Part shown: one piece after another, positions 1-11,695 of the stretch
How positions within the stretch are numbered: position 1 is the stretch's first letter
Layout: every line of letters begins with the position of its first letter
Source: Dudresnaya verticillata
Lineage: Eukaryota
Length of the DNA: 64,000 bases
Assembly: GCA_977862235.1 (NCBI GenBank)
Contig: OZ374562.1
Span: 2,046,001 to 2,110,000 of the forward strand
Reading direction: 5' to 3'
Notes under the pieces: generated by a model
The model's database searches: none
Seen by the model: only the letters and a program-made list of their open reading frames with translations
What the model was told of the DNA's origin: nothing
Translations under genes and position numbers: made by a program

Positions 1-1914
1 ATACTCCGAGTAGGTATAATGCGATGGAGATCCAATCGACAGAACGCCAGAGCGTCGTGACTGACTCTTCGGTTTTCCGTCGAAGACGTGCACCGCTGAG
101 GTTTGGCGTCTGGCTGCCCGATGGGATTCTCCGAGCCCTTTAGCGTAGCGGGTGATGGCTTGGTAATCCATATGGGGGTGTGTCGCCAGATAATTGCGCA
201 TCTGCTGACACGTTCCCGGTAGGAGTCCTTCCACAAACAGCGACTTGAGGGACCTGTCGGAGAATACTGTACCGCATCGGAGTGCCTTAGTCCAAAGTTG
301 GTTGGAGAATTGCTCTTCCGTTAAGGCCGACGTTTGTCGAAACGACGTTACGTCCGAATACCCTTCGGCAATCACCTCATCGGTAGCATAAGTCCTTAGC
401 AAAAAGTTCACCACTTCGGTATAGGTGCGAAGCATCTCTGCTTGCTCCTCGTCGACCGCCATGGTGCCACCAGCGAGACGGGCTTGAAGCAAAGCTTCAG
501 CCTGTCCACTTAAGAAAAACTGGAAACACCACAGTGCGGTTCCTTCCGAAATGGAGTTGATGTTACACGCATCCTTGAACTTCGCGAGAAATCCAAGGAC
601 CGTGATGGGGTCTGTACCGTTAAAGGAGTGGGACTTCATTTGCCTCTCCAGCTTTTTGCGGATACGTCCCATATTCTGGGACAAGCTGGAGCTGTAGTAA
701 GAACTCCTTTTCTCCAGACGGTATGTTCGGAAATCCAGCGCCTTCACGAACCTGTCGTTCAGGGGCCGGATCACCTTTGGGAGTGGCCTGTCGACCTCTC
801 GGTGTTTGGCGTCGTGTTTTCTGGCCCGACGCCGCTCGTCCATATCCGTATCGGAGTAGCTCGTATCAGAGCCGGAGGAATGGGAGGAGTCATGCCCTTC
901 TCGGTGCCTATGGCGCGACTTGCGCCTATTCTTCTTCCTTTTGCGGTGTTGGCTATCATCTGATTCCATACCGGAGTGTTCTTTGTCCCGTCGCGAAGCG
1001 CGTTTGCTCCGTTGCGAACGGTCACGTTCCTTATCGGAGTGGGAGTCCTTGGCCTTTCTGTCAGCACTGTATCTACCACTCCGGTCTTGGTTTTTCTTGG
1101 AGTCACCATCGGAGTGCTCACTGCCTCTACGCGAAGCCACCGGCACGAGGATAAGTTCCCCCGGAGGCACTTCTGCGGGTCCAGGGACCGTACTCCGATT
1201 CTGTTGGGGTTGGTGTGTTGGATCCAATTCGATGTATTAAGTTTGGGTAGGTAACCCAGGGGCTGCCGCTGTCCTTACCGGATCGGGCGGAAACACCTAA
1301 GTGGGGATTTCTGGCATATATGTCGTTTCTCCCTTGACCGTGAAGTTATTCCGTATCGGTGTAGGTCCAGAAAACGGCTGCTCCTTGGGTCCCGGTAGGG
1401 GTTGTCCGGGGGTGAGCATCTGCTCGATCTCCGACGCCTGACGCTCCTGATGGATGAGCGTCTGTACCAACTCCGGAAGCTGTTTCTCCAGGTAGGAGCT
1501 AACAATGACCGGAACGGTGTCGGCGAGCGTGGTCTCAACGTCCTTGACCATGTTGGGTTGCACCTCTATACGGAAATGTTCCAACTCCCGTGGGATGACT
1601 TCCGAAAGTATCCAGTGGACACGATTGGAGTCACCTGGCTTGGATACACCCTTGCGGGAAGTATCTGAACCAGGTCGGGATTTAGAGAGCTTACTGGCTA
1701 CACCTTTAAGGAGTTCTTCAGGGTTCTCCATACCGGGGTTCAGGTCGGCAGCATCGCCACGGTGTGTTCTCGTGGCTGAGGCTACGTCCGGTTCGGTGGG
1801 CTCACTGCGGCGTGTTCTCGCAGTAGAGGGCACCTCCGGGACGGTGTTATCGTCACCGTGGCATGCTCTCGTGGTTGACGGCACCTCACCTTGATCCGAT
1901 ACGGTACGGTCCAT
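1..1914 (-). pseudogene. gag: Gag of element B, broken, continues off the left edge
   Basis: Minus-strand translation FNGTDPITVLGFLAKFKDAC...VVNFLLRTYATDEVI resembles A gag (FNGSDPVMVLEFL...YLLRTY) and C gag (FDGRRSIELLSFLKEFKDAC); N-terminal ORF 1297-1914. Confidence 0.85.
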
Positions 1915-1984
1915 GTGTTCTTCTATTCTTAGGATAACAAAACGGAGTCAACGGGTGTTTTGCCTTGTCCTGCCTTTACACCAA

Positions 1985-2843
1985 TGTGGTGCAAGGGGAG
2001 GGCTGCCCCTTTTTCGCTTTGAGCGTATTATATGCCAACGTCTACCGACGGCACTTCAACCGCCGTTGGCGCGCGAACACGTCATGGACGATTGGTCCCC
2101 AGGCATACGGCTGCCGTTACCCCGCGCGGCGCGCGCGCACTGTACGGGCAGATCCGGATGTATCATCCCGATCGACAAGGCGCAAGGCGCACGCCTGTAA
2201 GCTTGGCCCGGATCCGGATCAGATCCGGGTGGGGACATCGGGATCCGACATCGGAATCCACAGTGATGTAAGGAGCGCGCCCGTAATGGCCGCGCGCCAG
2301 CAATGATGGCGGGGATCTGGATCCGAATCCGGATCACCCGCACTTCTACACGCATGCGCCTGTAAGTCACCCATTACTCGCACGCACGCCTGTAAGCTAC
2401 TCCCGAGCTCCCGCGCACGCGGCTGCATGGCGACGACGACGTGTCAGACACTCGACGGCGCGACACGCGTCCTGAGTTCCCGCGCACCGCGCCCGCCGCC
2501 GTCGCCCACGTAGTAAATTAGGTAATCCGTCTGAGACGCTGAGTAAACCCCGGACAAGCCGGCCTTGGTACAGACTTCCCCATTCCGCACGCGCGTACCC
2601 TACCGCTGCCTACGGCCTAAGCGTCTACCTCCCGTGCTTCCACGTCCCTCACCGTCCTTGACGTGTTTCCTTTTTGTTCCCTTTTTCCTGCCTTTCCGCC
2701 TCAGGCGTCTACAGTCCGCCCAAGGCGTGTCCACTGCTCTACCACAAGCCGCCCAAAGCGAGGCTACTCACCGCCACGGGCGCAGCTACCCACCGAGTCC
2801 CGAACTGCTCGGCGGTGTTCCGTCTTCAGACGTTTGCACTACA
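1985..2843 (+). repeat. 5' LTR of element A
   Basis: TGTGGTGCAA...TTGCACTACA; about 24 substitutions plus one 7-bp indel versus 14512-15377 by manual count (about 97% identity). Confidence 0.97.
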
Positions 2844-2845
2844 TC

Positions 2846-2863
2846 TGGTCTCCCGGCCTAGAA
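2846..2863 (+). promoter_or_regulatory. Primer binding site, tRNA-Tyr-like
   Basis: TGGTCTCCCGGCCTAGAA 2 nt after the LTR; its complement ends CCGGGAGA-CCA, like a eukaryotic tRNA-Tyr 3' end. Confidence 0.8.
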
Positions 2864-2895
2864 TTGTGCTACGTTTCAACGAGTGACTCCGTCGT

Positions 2896-5554
2896 GTGAC
2901 GTCCGACTTTCCGTCTTCAGACATTCGTCGCCCATCGTCCACGACGTTCAAGCAACTCTACGACTGCATAATGGCCTCACGACCGCCGACGTCGCGAGGC
3001 CCAAGTTCAAGAAGACCGTCCTCGACGCCTGCGAGTGTCCCCGCGTCAGAACGGTCGCTACAGCGGATGACAACAAGATCAGGGCGCTTCGTTAGCCCAG
3101 ACATCGTGTCGGCGTTCCTGACGCCACCCCCGGACCACGGTCACGCTGGCTCCCACGTGTCGCTTAACGGAGGAGAGTTACCTCGCCCGCCGACGCGTAT
3201 TCCTGTTGCCATCCGCACGTCAGTCCCCGAGGGATCGGCCCTCCGCACCTACCACGCCTATGTCGACTCGGCTGATACAGTACAAGCCGAGCAACGGGGC
3301 GTCGTAGACGAAAGACAAGCCGAAATCATCGAGGAGCAACCGGAACTTCCGGACCAACCAACCATCCCCGTCAGTAACGATAAGGAGCACTCCGCGGAGC
3401 GCGACGTCGCTGACGACCCATTGACACCTGGGGCATGCTGCCCCACTCCCCACGGCAGCGCCGGTTGCTCACCGGCTAAGCCGAAGTCGACAAGCCAAAG
3501 GGATGCAGGAATGCCTAACCGGTCAACCCCCGAAAGCCATCCGCCCACGGCGTCACCCTCGGCCGTCCGCGTGAGTAACATAACGATACCACGCGAACGG
3601 ATCCGAGAGGGGTGCGTCTTAGAAGACGATGCTCTGCTCGCAAGGTTCGCTGGTTTGCTAGACGACAGTGTCGGAGGAATCGCAAGTCGTCTACAGACGT
3701 TGGAAGAGGATCGAGACGGCGCCCTACAAGGGCTTCGCTCCGATCTTGACCGTCTACTGACGAACCAAAACGCCCATAGCGAGGGTACCCAGCCACCGCC
3801 GGCAGTAACGGTCCATTCACACTCTGAGCTTAGCTCACGCGAACGCTTTCAGCGACTGGCGACTCGCTTAGAGCGTCTCGAAACCGCCAAGTGGCGCAAC
3901 TGTCCACCGTCGGGTGACGAGAGTTCGTGCGAAGACCGTCACAGACGCAAGGATCGGAAGAGAAGCCGCCGCCAGCTGCGTCATAGACGGAAGAAGAACC
4001 GTCATCGACGTGGGGATTCATCCTCGTCCTCTTCGGACTCAGTAAGTGACGGAGAGTCATCCGACTCTTCGTCTGAAGACGACGACTTCGCTGTCGGAAG
4101 TGCTGCAAGACCTCGCGGAAAGCGGTTCAAAGGATCGAAGGAGCTACGCCCCTTCAACCCCCTCTTCGACCAGCTATTATCGTATAGGACTTATCTTCTC
4201 CAGGACATAGGGCAGAAACGCTCAGGGCGCGACACGGGTAAGGTCAAGGACAATATTAAGCGTCTGGAGCTGACCTCGAAGGACGCCGCCTTCAACGGCA
4301 GCGACCCCGTCATGGTCCTGGAGTTCCTAACGCGTTTCGCGGATGAAGCCGATACGCTGGAGATGAGCGAAGCCCAAGCGTTTGTAGCGCTACCCTACTT
4401 CTTGCGAGGTACGGCAGCCACGCAGTTCCGCTCCGTCAAGTCGACGACTTCGCACCATCGCGGCGGGATGTCCTCGTATCCGGAGGCGGTACAGTACCTC
4501 CTCCGTACGTATGTTACGCCAGCGGCGATCAGGGACAATGTCCTCGCCCTACGGTCGACCGTCCAGAAGCAAAGCGAGGACGAGATGACTTATGGGATGC
4601 AACTATCCAGTGCTTGTATCCGTTGCGGTAACGTATATCCCGATTGGGAAAAGATGACGCTGTAAATCGACGGGTTAGACACGTCGATAAGGTCTCTGGT
4701 CGCTCGCTTCCGAGAAGAAACGCCAAGGGCGGAATTATCATTCGAGCGGCTGGTTCACTTCGCGCAGGACGAGGGAGACGCCAACCGCGCTGGACGAGGG
4801 AGACGCCAGCCGCGCACGACACGGCAGGGCCGGTTCCGCGTCAGCATGACGTGACCTACTGACACCGGCTCAAGCCGTACGCACACCGCGACCCGCCATC
4901 GGCGATGCCCGAGGTGCACTACATCCACAGACGAGAGGCGCAAAGCCTGGAGCGCGCGCTATGATAGCGGAGTCCTCCGTCGAGTTACGAGACGTTAGCC
5001 GCCCTGCCGATGACATGTAAACACACGCCGATGGCGATCTCTACCTGGCAGACGAGCAAGCGTCGGTGCCAACTTCGGCTCTACCGACGGACAGCTACGT
5101 CGATGACGAAGAAACAAGGGACATGGACCTCGCTCTCGCCTTTGGGCGCTCGGTCGTACCCGCGCCACGCGTTCCATACTCCGAGTATGCCCCACACGTT
5201 CACCGGGCAAGACCCGGATGGCAGGATAGAGGTCCGCCCCGTCAAGACGCGCGTCGGCAGCTGGTATGCCACCAATGCTACGCTCGCGGACACATCGCGC
5301 CGGACTGCTTCCTCCGCATGAGCGACTTCATGAAGGTTATTCCCAACTATGAAGGACTAACCGAAACCGAGAAGGCTGGTGTCCCCGCTGATGCGTATGT
5401 CCGTTGCAAGGAACGCGCGACTCGCGACGCTGCCCACCGTGCTGCACGGCCGCAATCGCCACGAGGCGGACCCATGCCGCACGCAGCAGAACGTCATCCG
5501 ACGATGATCAATCGCTATGTAGCGCCACAACCACCGCCGCCGGCGAAAAACTAA
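2896..5554 (+). pseudogene. gag: Gag of element A with CCHC zinc knuckle; stop at 4665 and frameshifts
   Basis: ORFs 2896-4665 and 5066-5554; CHQCYARGHIAPDC knuckle; short internal duplication near 4770-4815. Confidence 0.9.
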
Positions 5555-5698
5555 CTCGGGCACCGAATCCTGACACTGGGGTGTCGCACCATGAAGAGAG
5601 GCCTAGGCCTCGGGTGTTGACACGGAAAGAGCCCCGAAGTTAGTTTCTGATGACGCCAGTGGGCGGATAGAGTCGTCACAGACGTCATTAAAACGCCC

Positions 5699-8600
5699 AT
5701 GGCGAAGGTACCAGCCCCCCAGGCGCGGGGGCAGTTGTTCGTAATGGCCAAGAGGAACTATAAGGTGTACGCCGACTTGGGCGCAACCGTTAGTACCTTG
5801 GCACGTAAACTCACTGTCCTCGATACGGGGGCTGGTCTGAATTTCATTTGTATTGACGACATTCCGCTGGAAGCGCGATCAAGCATCGTGGCAACGAGTC
5901 TCCCCGTCATAGCCGACGCCAACAATAAGGCGATCCAGACAAGAGGCACCGTCGACCTGGTCGTTCGTCTGGGACGGCGAGTCGTCAAGTTGGAACTGAT
6001 CGTTTGCGAGCGACTCGCTGCGCCGGTTATACTCGGCTGCGACTTTTGCGACTGCTTTGTCGAATCAATATATCCGCGAAGTCGCGAGGTCGAATTGGAC
6101 GACGGGACTCGTGTCCCTATAACGCGCCGCCCCCTGCGCCGACCCCCGTCGTATCCTCCGTTACCAACGGAACAGGAATACGGCAAGGCCGAAGGAAGGA
6201 CGTCGCCCAAGATACGAGTAACAGTGCGCGCGATCATCCCGCCTATAGCGCAGCAATGAGTATCGGTTACCACCAAGCGCGCCGGCGTCATCACAATTCA
6301 ACCGTTCGGAACGCTGTACGACAAACAAGGTCTATCCGTTACGAACGGGATTGCCCAAGTGGAGCCGCTAAAAGCACTTCGAATTTTGGTTGCCAACTTC
6401 TCTTCCCGACCGCAGGCGCTGGCCAAAGGCCAAGTCGTCGCGACGGCGTTACCATATCCGACAGCAGTGTTCCCCAGTCACGTAAGTCTAGCCGATGTTT
6501 TGGGCCTCACAGAGGAACAGGCCGAGGAGGAGAGGGCAAACCAAGACTTCCGTTTTCAAACGAACGATAATACTACGGCACAGCTGAATACTTTCACGAA
6601 GTCAATCGAGGCAATCACTGCAAAGCCTCCGTCAGTAGACGATTTGGACCTGGGACATTTCCCCGCCGAGCATCAAGGCCATCTTAAGGAGATGTTACGC
6701 AAGTATTCGTCTATGTGGGACGGTTCGTTTGGAGAAATCTCAACGACGGAGCACTACATCGACTTGCTTCCCAGCTCTAGGCCGATATCGTCCCCGCCTT
6801 ACCGAGCGGGGCCGAAGGAAAGACAACTCGCTCAATCGGAAGTGGACCGCATGCTGCGTCAAGGGGTTATCGAACCCGCACAATCGCCGTGGGCCTCACC
6901 AGCGGTTTTCGTCCCCAAGAAGGATGGGACCCTCCGCTTTTGCGTAGACTACATCCATTTAAACGCAGTAACCGTACGGGATACGTACCCTCTGCCCCGT
7001 ATCGACTAATGCATTGACAGTCTAGGGGAAACAAACGTCTTCACCACCCTAGACGGTAACAGTGGGTACTGGCAGGTGCCGATCAATCCGCGAGATCGCG
7101 ATAAGACCGCGTTCACGTGCCACGCCGGACTGCTCCGCTATAAACGTATGCCTTTCGGTCTCACGAACGCACTCGCTACGTTTCAACGAACGCTGGAAAT
7201 ACTGCTCGCGGGTTAAAAGTGGCGTTCGTGCCTCGTCTACCTCGACGACGTAATAATCTTCTCCAGCTACATCGACAGTCACTTCCGTCATGTTGACGAG
7301 ATCCTTTTGACACTGCACCCCGCCGGGGTGACCCTGAAGTTGACTAAGTGTGACTTCCTCACCCCGACCGTCAACTACTTGGGTCACGTCATACATCCAG
7401 GACGGTTAGAAGTTGACCGAACTTTCACTGCTGCGCTATGCGAAGCCAAGCATCCAAGGGATCAGAAGTGGCTACGGAGCTTCCTCGGTCTTTGTAACCT
7501 CTACAGACGGTTCGTCTCGCGATACGCGCATGTCCCCGCCCCCCTCAATACGTTGCTGAGGAAGGAACAGGAATTTCTGTTACAACCATTCGATGAGACA
7601 CAAGCCAAAGCGTTCAGTACGCTCGCCGAGGCCGTGACTCACCCGCCTATACTGGCGCTACCACAGCAGGGTCTCCCCTATTCCGTCGATTGTGACGCAA
7701 GCGAGTATCAGGTTGGCTGCGCTCTCTTTCAAACGCAGCCCGACGGAGAGCGTAAACCATTCGGCTTCTGGTCTCGCTCGCTCACCGCTCCAGAACGTAA
7801 CTATTCGGTCTCCGAAAAGGAGTGCCTCGCAGTAGTATGGTCCATCATGACGTTGCGACCTTACCTCGAGATGGAGTCATTCACAGTCCATACGGACCAT
7901 TCGTCACTGAGGTGGCTGATGGAAATCAGCGACCCCTCTTGACGGTTAATGCGGTGGCGTCTTCGCCTTTCTGAGTTCGACTTCGTCGTGAAATACAAAA
8001 AGGGGTACCTTAATACTCAGGCAGATGCCCTTTCGTGTCTACAGACGGCGGGGGAAACCGTCGAACCCATTGACGATGATGTACCATGCTACCACGGAAG
8101 CTACGTCGAAGACGGCCATCAAACGTCACAAGACGATATGTCAGAGGCCGAAGGCGAGGTTGACTTCTCCGAACGAGAGTTCGAGGCGTTTGACCAAGTG
8201 TTGATCAAAAACACGCCACCGGCGGATGAGGTAATCCTTCGTCAAGTGACGCATGAGGCGTTGGTACACGCACAAGGCAATGACCAATACTGTAACGAAA
8301 TCCGGAAGCATCTGGGCGACGGAGTCATCTTACCGTTCGCAACGGATTAACAGGGCCTGTTGGTCCGAACAGTAGAAGCCCGCTCGCAAGTAGTCGTACC
8401 CTCCGCGTTACGTGCTCGCTTACTCCACCTCCGGCACCACGCCAAGTTGGTAGGGCACCCAGGGGGGCGTAAGTTGTATCAGACGCTTCGACGCGAATAT
8501 TATTGGCCATCCATGCCAGTTGACTGCTACGCGACCGTCCGCAACTGCGTAACCTGCGCTAAGAATCGCATATTGTTGCGAAAGAACACCAAGGAATTGA

Positions 8601-10225
8601 AGTTATTCCCGGCAACCGAGCCTCTCGAGTTCTTATCGATCGACATTCTGGGCGAACGCATAAGAACGAAGCGAAGCGAGGAAACAAATTCCTACTCGTC
8701 ATTGTGGACCGCTTCTCGAAGCTGGTCCGGACGGTGCCATTACGTAGTATGACGGCATTGGAAATCGCTAAGGCGTTTGTACGACACTGGGTCTTCGAGT
8801 ACGGCCCCCAAGAAACTGTTGTCCGACGACGGACCACAGTTAGTGGCTAAGTTGTTCCAGGATATCTGCCGTCTTTTGGGAGTGGAGAATCTCTTCACCA
8901 CGACGTACCATCCGCAATGCAATGGCCAGATAGAACGATCCAATCGAACTATCCTGGCCTCGCTGCGTCACTACGTTGCGGATCATCCGAGATATTGGGA
9001 CCTGTTCCCAGATGCCTTGACGTTCGCATACAACACGCAGTTGCATTCATCTACGCATCCCGCTCCGTTTGAATTGGTGCTGTCTAAGCCACCACGGCCA
9101 TTTTCGCTTGAAGCGGAACCGTCGCTTGAAAGCGTACCCACCGCGGGGCAATACTATACCAAGTGGCGAACCTGGCTGGCCGCAGTGATGGGAACCGCTA
9201 AAGCGTCGTTAGAGAAAACTCAAGCACGTTACAAACGGAACTTCGATACCCGATTAAGGAAATCGAAAGAAGCCATCGCCGTAGGCGACTTCGTATTCGT
9301 ACGCAAGGAATACTTCGCCCGAGGCGGGGGCACTGATTGCGCAGAACGCAAGCATAAGTTGGCGCCAGTGGCGGACGGACCATATCGGGTCGCGCACGTT
9401 GATAACGAGACAGTAACCGTCGATAAGGGACGTGAAGAGCGGGAACGCTTGTCCCGAGACCGCGTGGTCTGGGCACCGACCCCACCGGGTCAGGTGGCCC
9501 CTCCAATCGTCGTGCCCCCCGGCCCACCCGCGACGCAGGACGCAGTCGCCCCCACGTCACAAGACGAAGGGACGACTACCCCCGACCCGCCACTAGCGAA
9601 CCCAGAGGGTGACGCAGAGACTTCGCATACTGCGGGAGATCCGCAGGAGCGCACAAAGGAAACGTCACGCAGTCGTGGGTTGGCAGAGCTTTCTCCCTTC
9701 GCAGCCGACCCTGACGACCGCGCTTCGCAATCCGTCTCCAACGACGACAGTACCCCAGGGGTTCGCACCCGTTTGGAACACGTCGCTACGACACCGCGTT
9801 AACCGTGCAAGCACGAAGCAAACGCTGCAAGCGATGACGTCGTCCCAAGATGCAGCACACCAGTCACCTTTGAAAGAGCATCCAAGGCCCAAGGCCAACG
9901 CCCTCGGCGATCACCCCGTCGAGTCCGCTTCGCCAAACCGGTACAGCTGCCCATCACGCAACGGGACGAACCGCCAAAGGCGCTGGCGGGGCCCACGCCC
10001 CAGCCGATCGCTGCGAGCGGGAAGGAATACGTTATTGAACGCATCAAGTCGCAAACGAACGCGGATGATGATGAGATCCTCTACCGCGTCAAGCGGAATG
10101 GATACCCCGCTTCAGCGAACACCTGGGAGCCAGTCTCCAGTTTGCCGCGATCACACGTCGTGCGGTACCACGGTCGGAAGCACACGCGCCTGCCGCCCAA
10201 CATTGACGACGCTCAACGCGGGTAA
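5699..10225 (+). pseudogene. pol: Pol of element A (protease, RT, RNase H, integrase, chromodomain); multiple stops
   Basis: LDTGA protease; [16 protein letters not shown] near 7238; DCDAS...RNYSVSEKEC; HHCC and DDE integrase; chromodomain EYVIERI...YRVK...NTWEP at about 10026-10190. Confidence 0.95.
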
Positions 10226-11695
10226 ACTAACCGGAGAAACAACGCTCAAAGCGAACGCGATGACGATCGAAACTGCACGAGCGCACAACGGTCGCCAAAG
10301 GCGTGGAACCCCCATCTAACGTATGTGGACGCGGGCACACCGCTGTGGCGACATACCGGCACACACGTCACAGACGGGGAGGGACGCAAATACTTGGGTC
10401 ACAGACGGCCATCCCAACGGCCCTCATACAGAGCTCCCGGAGGTGACGATGGCTGACAGTGGATCCAGATCCCTAGTAGAGATACACGACCCACCAATCC
10501 AGCGGCACGACGAAGACCAGCATTGGAAATTTTAATGGACAAACACAGGGGAGGCGGACTACCCGACAATCCATCTCTACGCCAAACGCGATAGGCCAAG
10601 TGGCAACACGGGCACTACGAGCGCGCACGACGGCAGACGCACTTCGAACCGCGCAAGGACCGTCCCCGAGGCTGACGCCGGCTCGCGCACCACGTCCAAG
10701 TCGCTGCAGCCTTCCATTACCCAGGCAGCAAACGCCTCGGCCACGCACGAACACACGCACAACGTCCCCAACATACCTCGCGCAGGAGGGGCACGCCGCC
10801 GAACCCGCCGCGAAAGGGGTAGTGAGGCGTCGAGGACGCGATTATCACGGTTCCGTGCACGACGCACAACCAAATCGCTAACCAAATTGCCCAATGGCTC
10901 CGCCGCTGAGAATGGCCGCCACGGTCGCGCGACGACCATTCCCCACCCTCGGAGGAGAACGTCAGAGACGAGGAACAAGGCAACTCGCCCACCAGTAGCT
11001 ACCGTACCGACCACACGTAGACCTCCGTCAACGACGATGCGCACAACTACCCTAAGCTACAGCGCACCAAGCGAGAAAAGATTACAACCTACTCCGCATG
11101 CAAATGGCCCACGCTCATGCGCAAGCCGCGGTCCGAACTCGAAAACATCCAAAAACGCTTTGAGCGAGTCCCCCATGACGATTATGTCGAGCGTGGCAGG
11201 ATGGAATGCAACGCAAGGAAACGCTTTGCTAAGCGAAATAACTAAGAGGCTCGGCCCCGACAACGTCAACAATAGTTGTCGCCAACGAAACACAGCTCCG
11301 AAAACAACGCCCAAGTAACCTTTCTAGACGATTAACACAATAACATCGCCACGATGAGACAAGAAGTAGGTGAACGCTCGCCGAAGTGACACCATTTCTC
11401 ACTATACGTGCAGCATGAGTTCGCTAACACGCCCGCAAGACGCGGTGGCAATACACTACAACACGACGGCTGCAACACGAAGGTTGCAGCGAGAAGAAAC
11501 CAAACTACGTTACCAACGATAAAATCTATTCGGGCTAAGCAACGGGAAAGCCCCGCGCCCAAGCTACAAGCCACGGCGGCTAAACGCCGCAAAACATTCA
11601 ACAAATTCGTCAACGACGTACGATGCCCTACCTTCCGACTCCGCAAAGGAGCCGACAAGGTACCACAACACGCACCCCCGCGACGGCCTTTTGTG

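Noticed and set aside
1913..2899. Many overlapping ORFs in GC-rich LTRs (also in the family-X copies)
   Set aside because: Shadow ORFs of GC-rich repeats, not consistently conserved between copies
10473..11658. Hydrophobic minus-strand ORFs as an env-like gene
   Set aside because: Short, fragmented and explained by the G/T-rich strand; no signal peptide, fusion motif or counterpart in element C
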